From Callorhinchus milii (Eukaryota): a stretch of 47,926 nucleotides of DNA. Shown piece after piece: positions 35,301 through 47,926 of this stretch. Below the pieces are notes generated by a model that worked only from the letters and a program-made list of their open reading frames with translations, was not told the DNA's origin and made no database searches. The first letter of the stretch is position 1, and every line of letters begins with the position of its first letter. The stretch is from NCBI RefSeq assembly GCF_018977255.1, contig NW_024705402.1, positions 1-47,926 of the forward strand, read 5' to 3'. The translations under genes and the position numbers were made by a program.

Positions 35301-38300
35301 TACGGGTTGAACAATTCCAGCTTTAAAAGATCTAGCGATTATGTTTTAGATGTCTATATAGGGAAGGGTAAAACAACGGACAAGTCACTCCTACGGTCCT
35401 TTAGCAGGTGAGCGAAACATGACCATCGGCGGATTTAAGTAGAATGATCGGTTAATAATGACCACCCGGCACACGGCAGCGCTCTAGCTATTCTTTTAGA
35501 GAACAAACGCGGCGATTACTGGTTTATTCCACGGAGGTGTGCTGGAGAACAAGAAAGCAGGCGATGCGGGTGTCTACGTACGTACCACATGGACACGCAC
35601 CCGACAACCGAGCTCGATAATAGTATCCGAAAGTCAGTACAAGGATAGGGTACGGAAATCGCAGCACGACCTCCCCCGCATCCCCCAGGATTGGCCTAGT
35701 GTCACGTGTTTAGACCACGGAAGACTATATACGTGCTAACCATTACGGATTACTGTACCGAAGGACGGACTGACAGAGCGCTTCCTGGTAGTACGATAGA
35801 ATACATGCAAAGTATCTTAATTATAAACTAACGCCCTTGCGGGAGATATCTAAGGAAGAGTTGATTAGAAAGAAGGCCTTATTGGTACGGTAGGGGGAAG
35901 ATAACCATTAACTACGTCAGATGTGTACTCACTATCGCCCTGGACTCTTAAACGTGAGACGCCTGATGGTAGATCTACTCTAATTTGTCCTACACGGTAA
36001 AGAGTGCCCTTTACTAAAGATCACACCTCACACGACTTCAACACACCTTTAAGCGTCCACGATGAAACTTAGAGGACTAGTCTAGCCCGTCTAGATTGAC
36101 CGAAGCTGTACTGCGGGACGATTACCGCCTGGCAGCTGGCTCAGAAGTGTTCGCGTGGGGGTGCACGGCTTCAATGATGTTGTGAACGTTGCAAACTGAG
36201 GCACCATACGAACTTTAACCAGAAAATCTTATCCAGGGGATGAATAGCTTCCGGTTGACGTTGCGTGTCCCCAGATCCGTCCGACTAAGCGGGACCTATT
36301 ACCTTGCGTATGTTTACCTTCTCTCGTAATCCGCTCACCCGCCAGTTAGTCGTCCATATACCATTTCTAACATAGCAATCCAAACAGTACGACCATGCAC
36401 GACGAAGTAGGTGCCATCTGGACCCCTTGGACGTAATGAAAACGTTTTATCATCGTAGCGTTAATACATTCTTCTCAGCGGAAGTCACTCAGAAAACAAT
36501 ATCAGTGATAATCCCTAGGTTGCTTCCCCCGCAGCGGTCCGGTGCGGAAAAACCAGACAGACGGAAAACGGATCCGATATCATGTTTGATTGTATTTGAC
36601 TGGACATAGAGAATGTCCGACGACGTCTTTTCTAAACTCTCCGAACCCGAAGTAACTGTCTACGTAGTCTACAGTCGTGTAAAGAGGATCCGTTTTGATA
36701 TCTCGCAAGAACAGCCAAATCCTCCTGAGCACGTCTTTTACGCATCCGTCTGATAGCGGCCAGGTGCCCTTTTGAGACATGGTTAAGTCTAATTCGATCC
36801 AATTCGTATTGAGTAAACTCTAGGTTAACCGTCATCCATGAGATTGTCCTTGGTTACTAACATATGCGTTAGGGAAGCTGCGGTGCATGACTTCAACCGT
36901 TGTGGCCTACACTTTGGATCTTACAACATTCTCAAATCCAGACTCAAGGGACCTTGAGTACTGGTGTAGAGGGGTTAAGCACGTTGAGAAACGGCTGTAT
37001 CCAATGCTCGGGGTAGGTCGCCGAAGTTTATACGAAAAAGACCCAGGGAATCATTGAAAAGTTTCTTCGGATCACTTGTAACGATAAGGACCGAACAAAC
37101 AAGTAACCCGAAGGGCTCGTCCGCACAGTAAGGGCCTGTTTCAATGGCACAGATATGCGCCCTGGGACACAACGCTCCTTTAGAACTGACCCTAAGCGCA
37201 TTCAGAAACACTCGAGATTCCGAGTCATCTAGGCCCTCTAGAACTGTTGAGAAAAAATTGATTAACGCTCGACCAGTGTGAACCCGCCATAAGAAGTCAT
37301 CATGCTGTATAAGACTCCCTATACTTTCCACCTCGAATGTTACGACACCACTATTGAGTAAGGAATGAAGGAGCACAGGCGCTACTCCTCTTACGACTGG
37401 TGGCTGGGAGAGTTTTAGGATTGTATTCCTTATATGCGGGAAAGCGGTGTTCTAGAGGGAATTTTCAGATTCGCCGCGTCAGCATTCTAAGAGCAGCGGC
37501 TAGAGGAATCCCCGTGCTACTACACCCCGCGAGCTAACTTCCTCCGATCGCCAAATGACTCATTTGGGATGCACAACTTGAGGTGGTCCACGTAACCATT
37601 GAGCATTTGGCGACGAGGAGACGGCAGTTAGCCGGTAGAGGAATTGATTAAACACACGCAGCACCAGCCTGGCAAAGAACGAAGATTATTGCATATTGAG
37701 GTCTTCACACTGTAGCTAGTGCGGTAGTTCTTTATATAGACTAAAGGTACAAGCAAGTTAGTCCAGACTTGGGAGAATCGTTAAATTGGGCATAAATGGT
37801 ATAACCGTCCTCTTGCGCCGATGGCTCCGTCAAGAGAGGATGTTTACGAATCTCCGAGGCGATGTCAGAGTGAGCTAGACATGGCTTTGCGACAATCTCC
37901 CGATCTTGATCACGCCTGATTTAAATCTCTGGCCCCTGATAGGGGCAGGAGATGGCTCTCGTTCTAGAGCAAATCGTTTTAATGCCTTGACTATTGCGTG
38001 TAGATGCAAACCGTATTCTAAATAAGGCACATAGTTCGCCCACGCTCGCTTTACGGAAAACTCAACTGCCTGTTTCTTTGTCTCAGAGGAATCAGAAGAC
38101 GAAACGCTTTGAGACATTCCGTCATAGGGCTTGGTTAACATGGGATGATTATATGTAAACCTTTCTACCGATAATATGTATACGAGAGGCATCTGTCCCT
38201 GGAATGAACTGGAAAATAGGATCCGAGAGCGCAACTAGAATTTTAGGGATTCTCGGACGTACCTCGCACCCGACGGGTCGGAAAGCGAATTGCAATTCCG

Positions 38301-41300
38301 GACAGGAAACACACGGCTGTCGCAGAGCTGTAAGAAGGTAGTCAGCTAGAAGTTTTACGTATCTAGAATCACAATGGCGATCCGGAGAAATGTCTGTACC
38401 CGATCAGGTCGGTCTCTGTCGAGATCTCTGGATTAGGCTAGCCTGGGCCCAGGTCTCCGAGGATTAGATATCCAACACTGCTTAGACTAACTATGCCCCC
38501 GTCGTTCATTACTTACTAGCAAGTCATCGCAGACGGGCGCCGACGCTTCCCAACCTGTATAATCGCCTGAGTTAGAAATACACACTGTAGATGTGCCGCA
38601 TGAAGATTGCGATTTGTACCGTAGCACAATATCCGCTATTATGCCTGATCGGAACGCATCGTAAGTACTCTCCATATAGGAGATGTCAGGTTCGGGGGGA
38701 AATTACACTTATACTGGCCCACGAATTACAGAATTGGCCGCCCACAGGTCGACGATAGGGGATGAAACATATTACTCCTCGTAGCTCGGTATTGCATTTC
38801 ATCAACAGCCCTACGTGTCAATGGCGTATGATTGCCAGGAACCCAGTATTTAGGAGATTCTCGGGCACGTTCCTTGCCAGTCAACATGCGTTACTCTGGG
38901 TAAATCGCCGCCCCAAGTACATTTGAATTCCGTGTTAACGTCGTATTCTCGTGGAGAGCAGACAGATTGCGGCTTGTATTACTACCATCCTTAGACAGGG
39001 GGCTATGATATACCCCTCAACCTCCCGGCGGCAGTCTGTTTTCTGTGAGCTGGGTTTAAGTGAGAGCTGCACTGGACCGCCAAATTACCCTTGCCTAACT
39101 AGGTCCCTACGGGTTCGACCAATATTGGTGACCCCCCAAGTATCAAGATTGATCTCGGGGACAAACGGTGTAATGTGATTAAAAATGTTTATTCAGATTG
39201 GCAGATCAACCCGGGCCTTGCATAACCCTAACTACGACCCCTATTGTGAACTACTCGTGACGACCTCCTTTGGGCTTTCTACCCCAAACAGAGTACTCGG
39301 CTGCGCACCGTCCGATCAACTGGGTCTACATGCTACTCGCCGTGCCTTCGTGGCCAATTCTAGCACTCACTTGGGTCACACAGTTTCACGGGTCGCTTAT
39401 ACGTTGGGGAGGCTTGTACTGCAATTAGTAAGACGCAAATCAAGTAACGATACGATGGCGCTCGCCATATAGTGACTCGCCGGTCTAAAGTGTTCAGGGT
39501 TACATTGAGAGGGCAACATGGCCCATACCACTAGTGTGTCCACGGATCTGTATACTGTTGACTGGTACGTAGCCTTTTAAGTTCTGCACGTCTGCGGCTA
39601 AGATCTAGTCGTAGAGCGCCATAATCATCGCATAAATAATTTAACTATGGGAATTCGAGAATATATGAAAAAGAGGTGCGACTAGGGAACGAGGAGTGTG
39701 GTATGGGTCTTAGATCGTTGCACAGGTACGCATCCCACGGCTGCAGTTCAGAGCACCACTACCGAGCATTTAGCGAATGCGACCACGAAACATCGGCCGT
39801 TCTAGGATCCGGACCACCCCATCCACCATCCCGTTTAACTCAAAAATGAATGATCTACTTGAATAGTGCCATCAGCTCAGGACTAGCAGGGCATGTGAAC
39901 CCTCATCGTAATTGGCCTCGCAATTATCTCGACAATTACTACCTTTTTCCCGGTGGAGCACCGGTAACTCTAGGGCTGATGTAAGGTCCCAACTGGGACG
40001 CCGGTATCGGCACCTTACGCATGCTGGTTCCATAGACTCGACCTTTAAAGTGACTTGAATGTCAATAGGCAGACTGGAGCAATGCGTCCGAATGCGACGC
40101 GACTTTAACAGGTGTTCTCGCTCTGAAGACCTGACATCTACATTTGTGATACCCTAATAGTACCGCGTTACAAGTCACTCCCAAAAGCTATCGTCATACT
40201 TAAGCCGAATGACGTTGGGCTGATCATTTATGACTAGCCTGCTAGCAGTTGACACGGCGACGTGAGGGTTTTGCGTCTACGATTCCCGGATATAGATAAA
40301 GAAGGACGTTATGATGCCTCTCCTAGATGATCGTCTACCTTCTTCAAATCAGCGTAATGTCAAGACAGGTTTAGTGTCGGATAGGGCTGGGCCCACCTCT
40401 GCATGAGGAACTCTAGGTATACATTACCTCAGAAGGAGGGCGTATCGTCTTTATAATAGGTGGGGGTAATCCTTGCCCCTGCCACCAACATTTGTTGTTT
40501 ATTGGTTCGTGTCGTCTTGAGTCATAGGTCTGAGGGTGGCATAGGAAACGCATAAGAGACACTAGCTAATACGTGCGGCTTGCTGCCGGATCATTCACAA
40601 TTTTCGCAACAACTCAACTCTGAACCGTGTGCATAACACCACGAGCCAGCAGCGCCAATCTTCTGGAGCTCAATGACTGTGTCGCTCTCAGGAGATTCCA
40701 CCTTCCGTCATCAGTAGCGCGCAACACATAATAATCCTTCTTACTGCTCAGTTTACGCAGATTGCAGATGAAATTGCCTCACTTACGCTCAATGACCGAT
40801 TACCGAATCTCTTAATTACACGACATTCCGTCACAATTTCAATCTGAAGTCTTCGGCTCTGTAAGGGCGCTATGACTTGAGCGAGAAGACTTTTAAGAGG
40901 AGGGCTTATTTGCAGAGTTCCCGAACGGTACACGCGAGACAAGGTGCGGCTCACACGATGTGACTGCACTTGTGCGTCGGTGCGGCGAGACACTTTAGTG
41001 ACTGGCACGGGCGCCCGGTAATGGTTGTTCAAATAGTGCTAGGCTCTGCAGAGAAATACGGGTGCTCCCGGATCCTATCAGAGAAATGCTTTGACATCTG
41101 CCGTAGTGCCACTTATCTAGTCACTACGATTACAATCGTATCACCAGTAATAATCTGATCGAGAATGTGCCGAGAAGAGGCAATAGGTTGATACACTTGA
41201 CGGGAAGAGTTCAGGGACGCTTTAGTGTGTCCTAGTCCGCAACAACGTCAACCAATCCCCCACTCACGCCTCGGTACCCGGAATACCAGTGGGGCCGTCA

Positions 41301-44300
41301 CCACTGTAGAACAACAGAACCGAACGCAACGATAATACATTGCTGCCCCGTCTGCTGGCTTAGATGTTTCATGTCGTGGTGACATGACTAAGGACGTTCC
41401 TCAATTATTGTAAGACTGCGTATCGCGAGCCACCCGGCGAATGACTAACGGTCATATCGGCCGGTCGCCGACTTGACGCCTACGCCGGCTGACCAAGAGT
41501 GACGTCTGCAATTATTGATGGGAAGATGTGTTCTTCGGCTTTCCTTAAATCACTTTGCCTCACGTCCTGTCAAATAAGACCTATGTATTGAGAAGAGTAA
41601 ATTTTGTCGTGAAGATCTACGGCGCCGATGCCAGCGCGCCCACTAACAATGGGTGGCCGTGCGCCCGGCGGGCAGTTTACGGCTCTCCATGGCTAGTAAA
41701 TAATCGGGTCCAACCCGGAGTAGGGATTAACTTTGGCCGCCCGAATTGCAGATACGGCGTGGTAGCACAGAGGCTAGGTTACACGCAATTAAGGTAACAT
41801 AAGCCGGCTAAGACCCACTACGACTTGGCCCCATGGTGTCGAATCTGGCGAGATGCGTACTGCTTTATTCGGGTTCATGCGAAGACAGGAAAAACGAATT
41901 CAAAAATTATAGAATCGAAATTATTGAGGTGGAATGCAGGCCGTGTTTGCCGAGCGTCGGTGTACACCCGATACGTATGGGCAGTGATGCGACTTTGTAC
42001 ATTTCGCCCCCCCTGGGTGTCGTCCCCAAACCGAGATGGCGCATTTATCTGTTAAAATTAAGTTGATCAACCATTTAAAAAGGGTCATCACAATGCTACA
42101 TGATCTGGTATATTCTTCTGGACAAAATTGCGGACATGCTTACGGATCCGAGAGGGTTGGGTTATACTATTATCTGTGGTACCCGTCACTCCTCCGCGTA
42201 CCCCCTGCGACGAACCCTATGGCCCCTGACCGATAATCCCCGTACCCAGTTTCGGGGTTTCTCGTAACGGCTAGTTCTCGTGCCATTCCGAGAAAGGAGG
42301 GCTAGGCTCAGCAAGAAAGGAGGGACGAGTGGGATAGATCGGTACCAATCATTTGTTCGGGGTTGCAAGACATGGTCCTGCCCTGAAAAGGTCATCAGTA
42401 AGCGGGGGACCCCTGGGGGCTCGACTTTATCACAGCCTATGTAGTAATAAGGCTCATGCGGGGGTAAATTAAAAGAGGAAACATGTATATCGTTAGAGAC
42501 AGCACCGAGTTGCTGCACCACGTCCGGGGAAACGAGAGCACAGCAATGCGAGAGCTTCCATATTCCCCCTGAGGGCAGGATCCTTATCTGGTCATTAAGC
42601 GTGTACTTCCACTCGCATCGTGTGGTAGCTGGCTGCCTCGAGGGTGCGTCTATCTTAGACCATAAACCCTCACTGCAACCTTCAAATATGTCGAATCGTC
42701 GGGTTTAAACGGCCAAACGCAATCTAAGCGGCTACGGAAGAGCTATACCGAATAGTAGGTACTTATCTGATATCCGACAGTAGCAGCGAGGACAGATTGG
42801 GTTCAAGACGTGATGATGCCCCTAGCCATTACTTTGTATTCAAACAAATCAAGCAAGTTAGCTCGTCTCCAGTCCCGGTGTCGTTCGTTTGTGTTAGTAT
42901 ATAGGGGCAGGACTATTATATTGCCTCGCTGAGCTCACGCTCAAAATACCATACAATACCTACAGGTTCCAGGATTCTCTGAGACGTAGAGCTCGACCGA
43001 GGAAGACAAAGTAGGTCCAGAAGGGCCAGTCATTTACTGCCGTTTGAGTTTCATCGGTCGTGGCTCAGGCGCTATGCGATGCACTGGTATTGGGTCCCGC
43101 ACAACTTGGAGAAAGTATCCGCTTTATACCCTGACGTTGGATAAGTTCGCATAGTGTATGTAATTGGGGCGTTTTTGTTGAACGAAGTCTTGGATCGAAC
43201 GTAGATTTTTCAAATACACCATCGTCAGCCGAGAGATAATCGGTCATATGGGCCAGCATTTTAAGCAATTTTATCCCGGAGACGAGTGGCGTGGTCGCGT
43301 TAGGACCTTCTACTATTGCAGTAATGTCGACAGGTCACGGCCGATTCAAGATAAGGGTCGTCTATCGCGAGACATGGTCAGCCTGGTGGGATGCAACCCC
43401 GATTACAATCCATAGTGACACGAAGAGTGGATTGTGAAAGGGAATTCTAAACCTGTCTTATCTTTAGCGTACGACTTGGCCTTCGTTTGGCTTCCGCTTT
43501 AGGACGCTATCAGGGTCCTCTGGCTAAGGCTGTGCAGCCTCGCGCTTATAGACTGCCGGTAACGCGGATTAGATAACTACCGAGCGTAGGAGTCTCAATC
43601 GGCATGTTGGTCAGGGAATTAACTCTTCCGGCTGGTGTCGAGGGTGCAATTCACCACCTTTTCGATAACAGCTCAGGGCTGTGTTAAAGCGACCTAATCA
43701 GTTCGAGAGGACAGGGTTTAAGTACAAGGGAAGCTATCACGGGAAAGAACTGCACAGGATTTCTGACCACGCTGTCTAGGTTTAATCGAGGGCTGACCTC
43801 ACTCCGACCGAGTAGGGACCGCGAACAGGAGAAGGGATCCCAAGAGTAGTACGGGTAGATACAAAGATCTGAGCCATTGCGTGTGGGCACCCCGCGAATG
43901 AACTCGTGATAGATACCCAACGTAGGACTCGGCGGGCCGCCCGCGATGGCGAGTCATTAATTGAATAAATCCCTTAACCTGCAGACTGATTTCAAGCGGG
44001 AAGTACCAACTCCAGCTTACATGACACAATGTTATTGTCAACGGAGATTATACCCGCAGACTGCCGAAGGTATCATAACGGAGCCCCGGGGGAGATTATC
44101 TGTTCATATTAGATACAGGCCCGATGACTCCTTAAATGCCAGAGTCTCTACCGTTCAGGTTTTGAAAATAGGACCACGGGATGTACTTCGCGCTTCGGGC
44201 TTCATCTTCGTATCGAGCACGGGCATTCAAACGTTAGTGCGATCAAAATCTGAATGCATCTTCAGACTTGTGGCGGTAGAGTACAATGACGACGAAATTT

Positions 44301-47300
44301 TTATGAAGAAGACTAAATAAACTGTAAAAACTTAGATACAGCGGATGAAAATGGTACGTGATCTGTTTAATAGGGAAAGCTATAATACGGAGTGCGTCGT
44401 ATATAGAGTGGAATCGAATCTTGAGGGACTACCACCCCGTAGGCCCACCTACTTTTATCTTCTACTAGGGACAAAGGAAGAACATCTTGCCAAGCGTGCC
44501 GGAGTATGATGCGATCGGGTCAGGCGCACAGTATAGACATAAACCTACGAGGATTATTCACTTGGTGTGCCTCATAGTCATTCGGGAGATAATCCACCAA
44601 CGCAGCTGATCCTGGAGGACAGAGTTGATAGGTGACAGTCGGCTAGGATTGACTCGAAGTAAACCCAAATCTATAGGCGCATCCAAGTCCCGGTGGGGAG
44701 TTTCTCACCGACGCGCATCACGAGCCTGCGTTCTCGGTACACGCAGGTTAATGATGCCGAAACCACCGTTAAGATTACTTAGATTGAGTTGTACAAGGGA
44801 ATTTCGAAATCAGACTCACTTCAACCTCAGTGCAATAAAGTTTTCATTGCTGGCCTAATGAACTAGAACGGCATTTTACGTGGAGCCTGGCTACTAAAGG
44901 ATTAATCGTTACACGTTATCAGCCTGCGGAATCCTTGAAAGGTATTCTAGGCGCCGGCCCAGCGATATGCATTAGGCGTTATTGGAGTTCCAGTTGGGCC
45001 GTATCACGCCAAATCTGTCACAATGTTGCTTACAGATTCTCGAGAGAAGACATATTCTCGAGCGGCCGAACACAGTATGAATATCGTCTGACTGCGTATC
45101 ACTTTTCGGAGTTAAGCGATACATAGTTCGACATAGGGCAAGCGGCATAATCGCACGCGATGTGGACCAGTATATTTGTTTCTTTCAGCGATGTCCTCTA
45201 TTGAACTGTACGGTGATAGATGCAGAAGATATTGGCAGTGGTTGATGCGAACCAGACTGCCGTGCCAGCTACAGTGACGCCTTTAGCAGAGAGTGGAGTA
45301 GCAAAAGCAAAACCCATGCGTATCTACCAGCTCACCATGCCGTATGGTCGGTCAAAGAGCTTGGCGGGCTGTGGAATTTTTTGCTAGCTGAGCCCCGTCT
45401 CATATCAAAAATTGCGGTGCAATGCGGACCCCACGCTGGTACTCTTCTAGGACTCTGTAATTTGGTCTCCACAAGGTGAAATCTGACTGAAGGAAGACGT
45501 GGGGGGAACGATACGGGCGCGTTTAAGAGGAATAACTCAATAGCCGTGTTAAGATCCGTCCACCTACTGTGAGTCGGAGTGTAATTCCCTGTCTCTAGTA
45601 CGAGGAGTGCAGATGGACCTAGTCCATTTTCGGGATTCAAATAAGCGCACAGCTGAAAAGCAGGCACGAATGCAAATTAGCCCGTATATTCAACACCCGA
45701 GAACAGCTTAGAGCTGGGCGCGACAAGTTTACCTCGATACGTGCCTTATAGAGGACGCATGGCGTTTACAAGGCTCGCCCCAGGAAATCGTGTACATATG
45801 TGTACGCCGCGCCGCCCCACGTTCCGAGTGCAACGCGCTCTTTTCCCTCGTTTCCTACCCCTACGTCGACGTATCCACTTTTTATAGGTCCCCTAAAGTA
45901 GGGTATACCTGATATCCGCCTTGGGCACCTCCGCCGAACTATCGGCTCGCTATACATCATACTTGCTTAGTATAGCATACGGCAAGTTTGTACTTAGAAC
46001 GTCCTTACGTCACAGCGTTACGCCCATTTGTCCATGAAAGTGTGCGTAGATAGTCTCAAATACATCGTAATGATATGAAACTCGGAGAAGTAACCTTTCG
46101 GGTCAGAAAAGATGGCCCGACTGTTCGATCGGGAACGGATTTTGCGTTTTCTCCAATGCTCTGCGAGCGTGGAAACAACCTTCTAGGGCGAATAATCAAG
46201 CTGATTGATCCGTGATGAATAGGGGGAAATGGTGAGACCACCGTAACGATAGGGATGAACTTTGGTAAACAGACCTCGCGAATATCGCGGGTATATGCCG
46301 GCAGTTAGCCAGTTGGCTAAGAGGAAAGGCTTCCAATGACCAATATGCGTGGGAAAGACGAGTTCCGTCGCACAATGTACACCCGGACCCCTTGCATGGC
46401 TGATAAGCCAGTGAGCTTACTTGCTAAAACCAAGGGGGAGGAGGCGGCTACGCTCGCTAGCTAAATTCTTGCGGAGTCTGTGGTTCGACCGCGGTCGCCA
46501 GGTCTAGTATATCGGACGGCGTTAAGTGCGGGATAGACCAACGTTCTGAGGTTTGCCGTAAGGTTCAAGTAGATACTAGAGAAGAGTTGGAGGGACGTCT
46601 CTCGGGGAGTTGCGTTCGAACTCTTACTCGTCTAGGTTACTGGAACTGAATTACTGAAGTATATGAAGTACGGTGTTGGGAGACCATAGACCATCAGTCT
46701 TTCCCGAAGTTCGCGTACAATGTTCTTGCAGGGCATAGGAGCCCCCCCCGCACTGATAAAGACGATTCCGATCGGACTGTAATTGGTCGTCGTGATCACC
46801 CACAACCATTTTGTCGTGAGGCGGCTTCCAGGACGCCTTCAACTCCAGAGAGTTTGCATTTCATGCTGATTAAGGTTGCCAGTCTGTACCGAATCCCACT
46901 TGGAGCCGGGCTTTGGCGCTAGTTGTAATCAGACGGTATAGACGAGGGCAGAGGGATGTTTGCCCAGAATTTTTTAGCTAACGATGACCTCTTTCGTGCC
47001 GCTCGGCTAAGCCAGTCTTGCATTATCCAGTACCGATTTCGATCTTCTCGCGCGCAATCGAAAATTCCACAAGCGGAGTGACTGCTTTAAGTCTTTGGGG
47101 TGAAACGACTTACACACATCTAGAAGAGGCCGCAAGATGATCCATGCCCAACATAAGTATGTTTCTAATAAAGGGACCACAGGGAAGTCCACACCGACTA
47201 TGCTGTGGCGTCTGCACAGTTTCGTTCTACCAAGCCGGACCATTCTGTCGCATCTTTTAGTGCAAAACTAATGCAGAGCGCAGTAAGCGTCACGGTATGC

Positions 47301-47700
47301 GAAGAAGAAGTGCGGCGGCCCAGCAAATCCCCGCTGGCGCCCGTACACGCATGGCATAATAAGTGGAGGACTACCTTCCAGTAAGGGGTCCGATCTGCCC
47401 AAGTCTATCGCATGGCGTCGGTTGGTCGGGTAAACATCACGGGTTGTACACCTCTTACCGGGAGCCTATAAAACTTGGAAGGCCACCTCCACTCGCGCCG
47501 CCCCGCTATGTATAACCTGCCATAGTGGGAGAAGGAGTCCTCCAACCACGGATGGCGATACGACGATGAAGACATAGTTCCACATAGGGGCGGCCGATAC
47601 CGCCTATCGTACTAGCTACAGGTGGAGAAGGCTCGATGCCAAAATTTGGCTTTGGTTTCCTCTCTTGCTGACGGGACATTTCGAACCACGGTGGTCCATA
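32306..47700. other. featureless, random-like sequence block (probable shuffled or artefactual DNA)
   Basis: No host repeat families seen, almost no homopolymer or microsatellite tracts, frequent CTAG/CG/TA, and longest ORF only 133 aa with no recognisable domain. The right boundary is approximate. Confidence 0.75.
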
Positions 47701-47805
47701 TGCCCCATCCCATTCATTATTGTCATCTTAAAATACAACTTTTTTCGCTTAAATTACACTGCAACTTGTAAGTGCAATAAAATAAACTAAACTTAAACCA
47801 AACAA

Positions 47806-47926
47806 TTTTTATTTTACCACGTAAAGCCCACTGAGCTATGTAGCTCTTTTTCAGAAGCGACCTGGCCACAAATGACAGCTTTCGTGTGTAATTTATAACA
47901 GCCAAATACTCTAAACGCATGTTTCT
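47806..47926 (-). mobile_element. V-SINE 3' part (runs off the window)
   Basis: TTTTACCACGTAAAGCCCACTGAGCTATGTAGCTCTTTTTCAGAAGCGACC...CAGCCAAATACTCTAAACGC. Confidence 0.85.

Noticed and set aside
33677..47243. Short ORFs in the random-like block as a novel operon or viral cassette
   Set aside because: All are 133 aa or shorter, scattered on both strands, with random-like composition and no motifs, as expected by chance.

Overview
Eukaryotic, gene-poor, repeat-dominated DNA. The host is probably a lamprey or another basal vertebrate, inferred from the V-domain SINE family, poly-G/C tracts and GC-rich Ty3/gypsy remnants, and not verified. I find no intact protein-coding gene. Bases 1-32275 contain V-SINEs, L2/CR1-type LINE 3' fragments, an 18-bp and a 21-bp satellite array, Harbinger-like and hAT-like MITEs, and Penelope-type palindromes, one with a minimal hammerhead ribozyme. 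They also contain a mariner remnant split by a solo LTR with a perfect CAAG target-site duplication (TSD), and an internally deleted gypsy element with both LTRs, a tRNA-Leu primer-binding site (PBS) and a polypurine tract (PPT). The best-supported biological novelty is that the two satellites are related. They face each other on opposite strands, and each appears amplified from the same 'PSRxLRS' segment of an adjacent L2 ORF2 remnant. After a 30-N gap (32276-32305), about 15.4 kb (to ~47700) looks statistically random, with none of the host repeats, almost no low-complexity tracts and no credible ORFs. I treat it as probable shuffled or artefactual sequence and cannot support any biological system inside it. 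Host-like DNA with a V-SINE tail resumes at ~47700.
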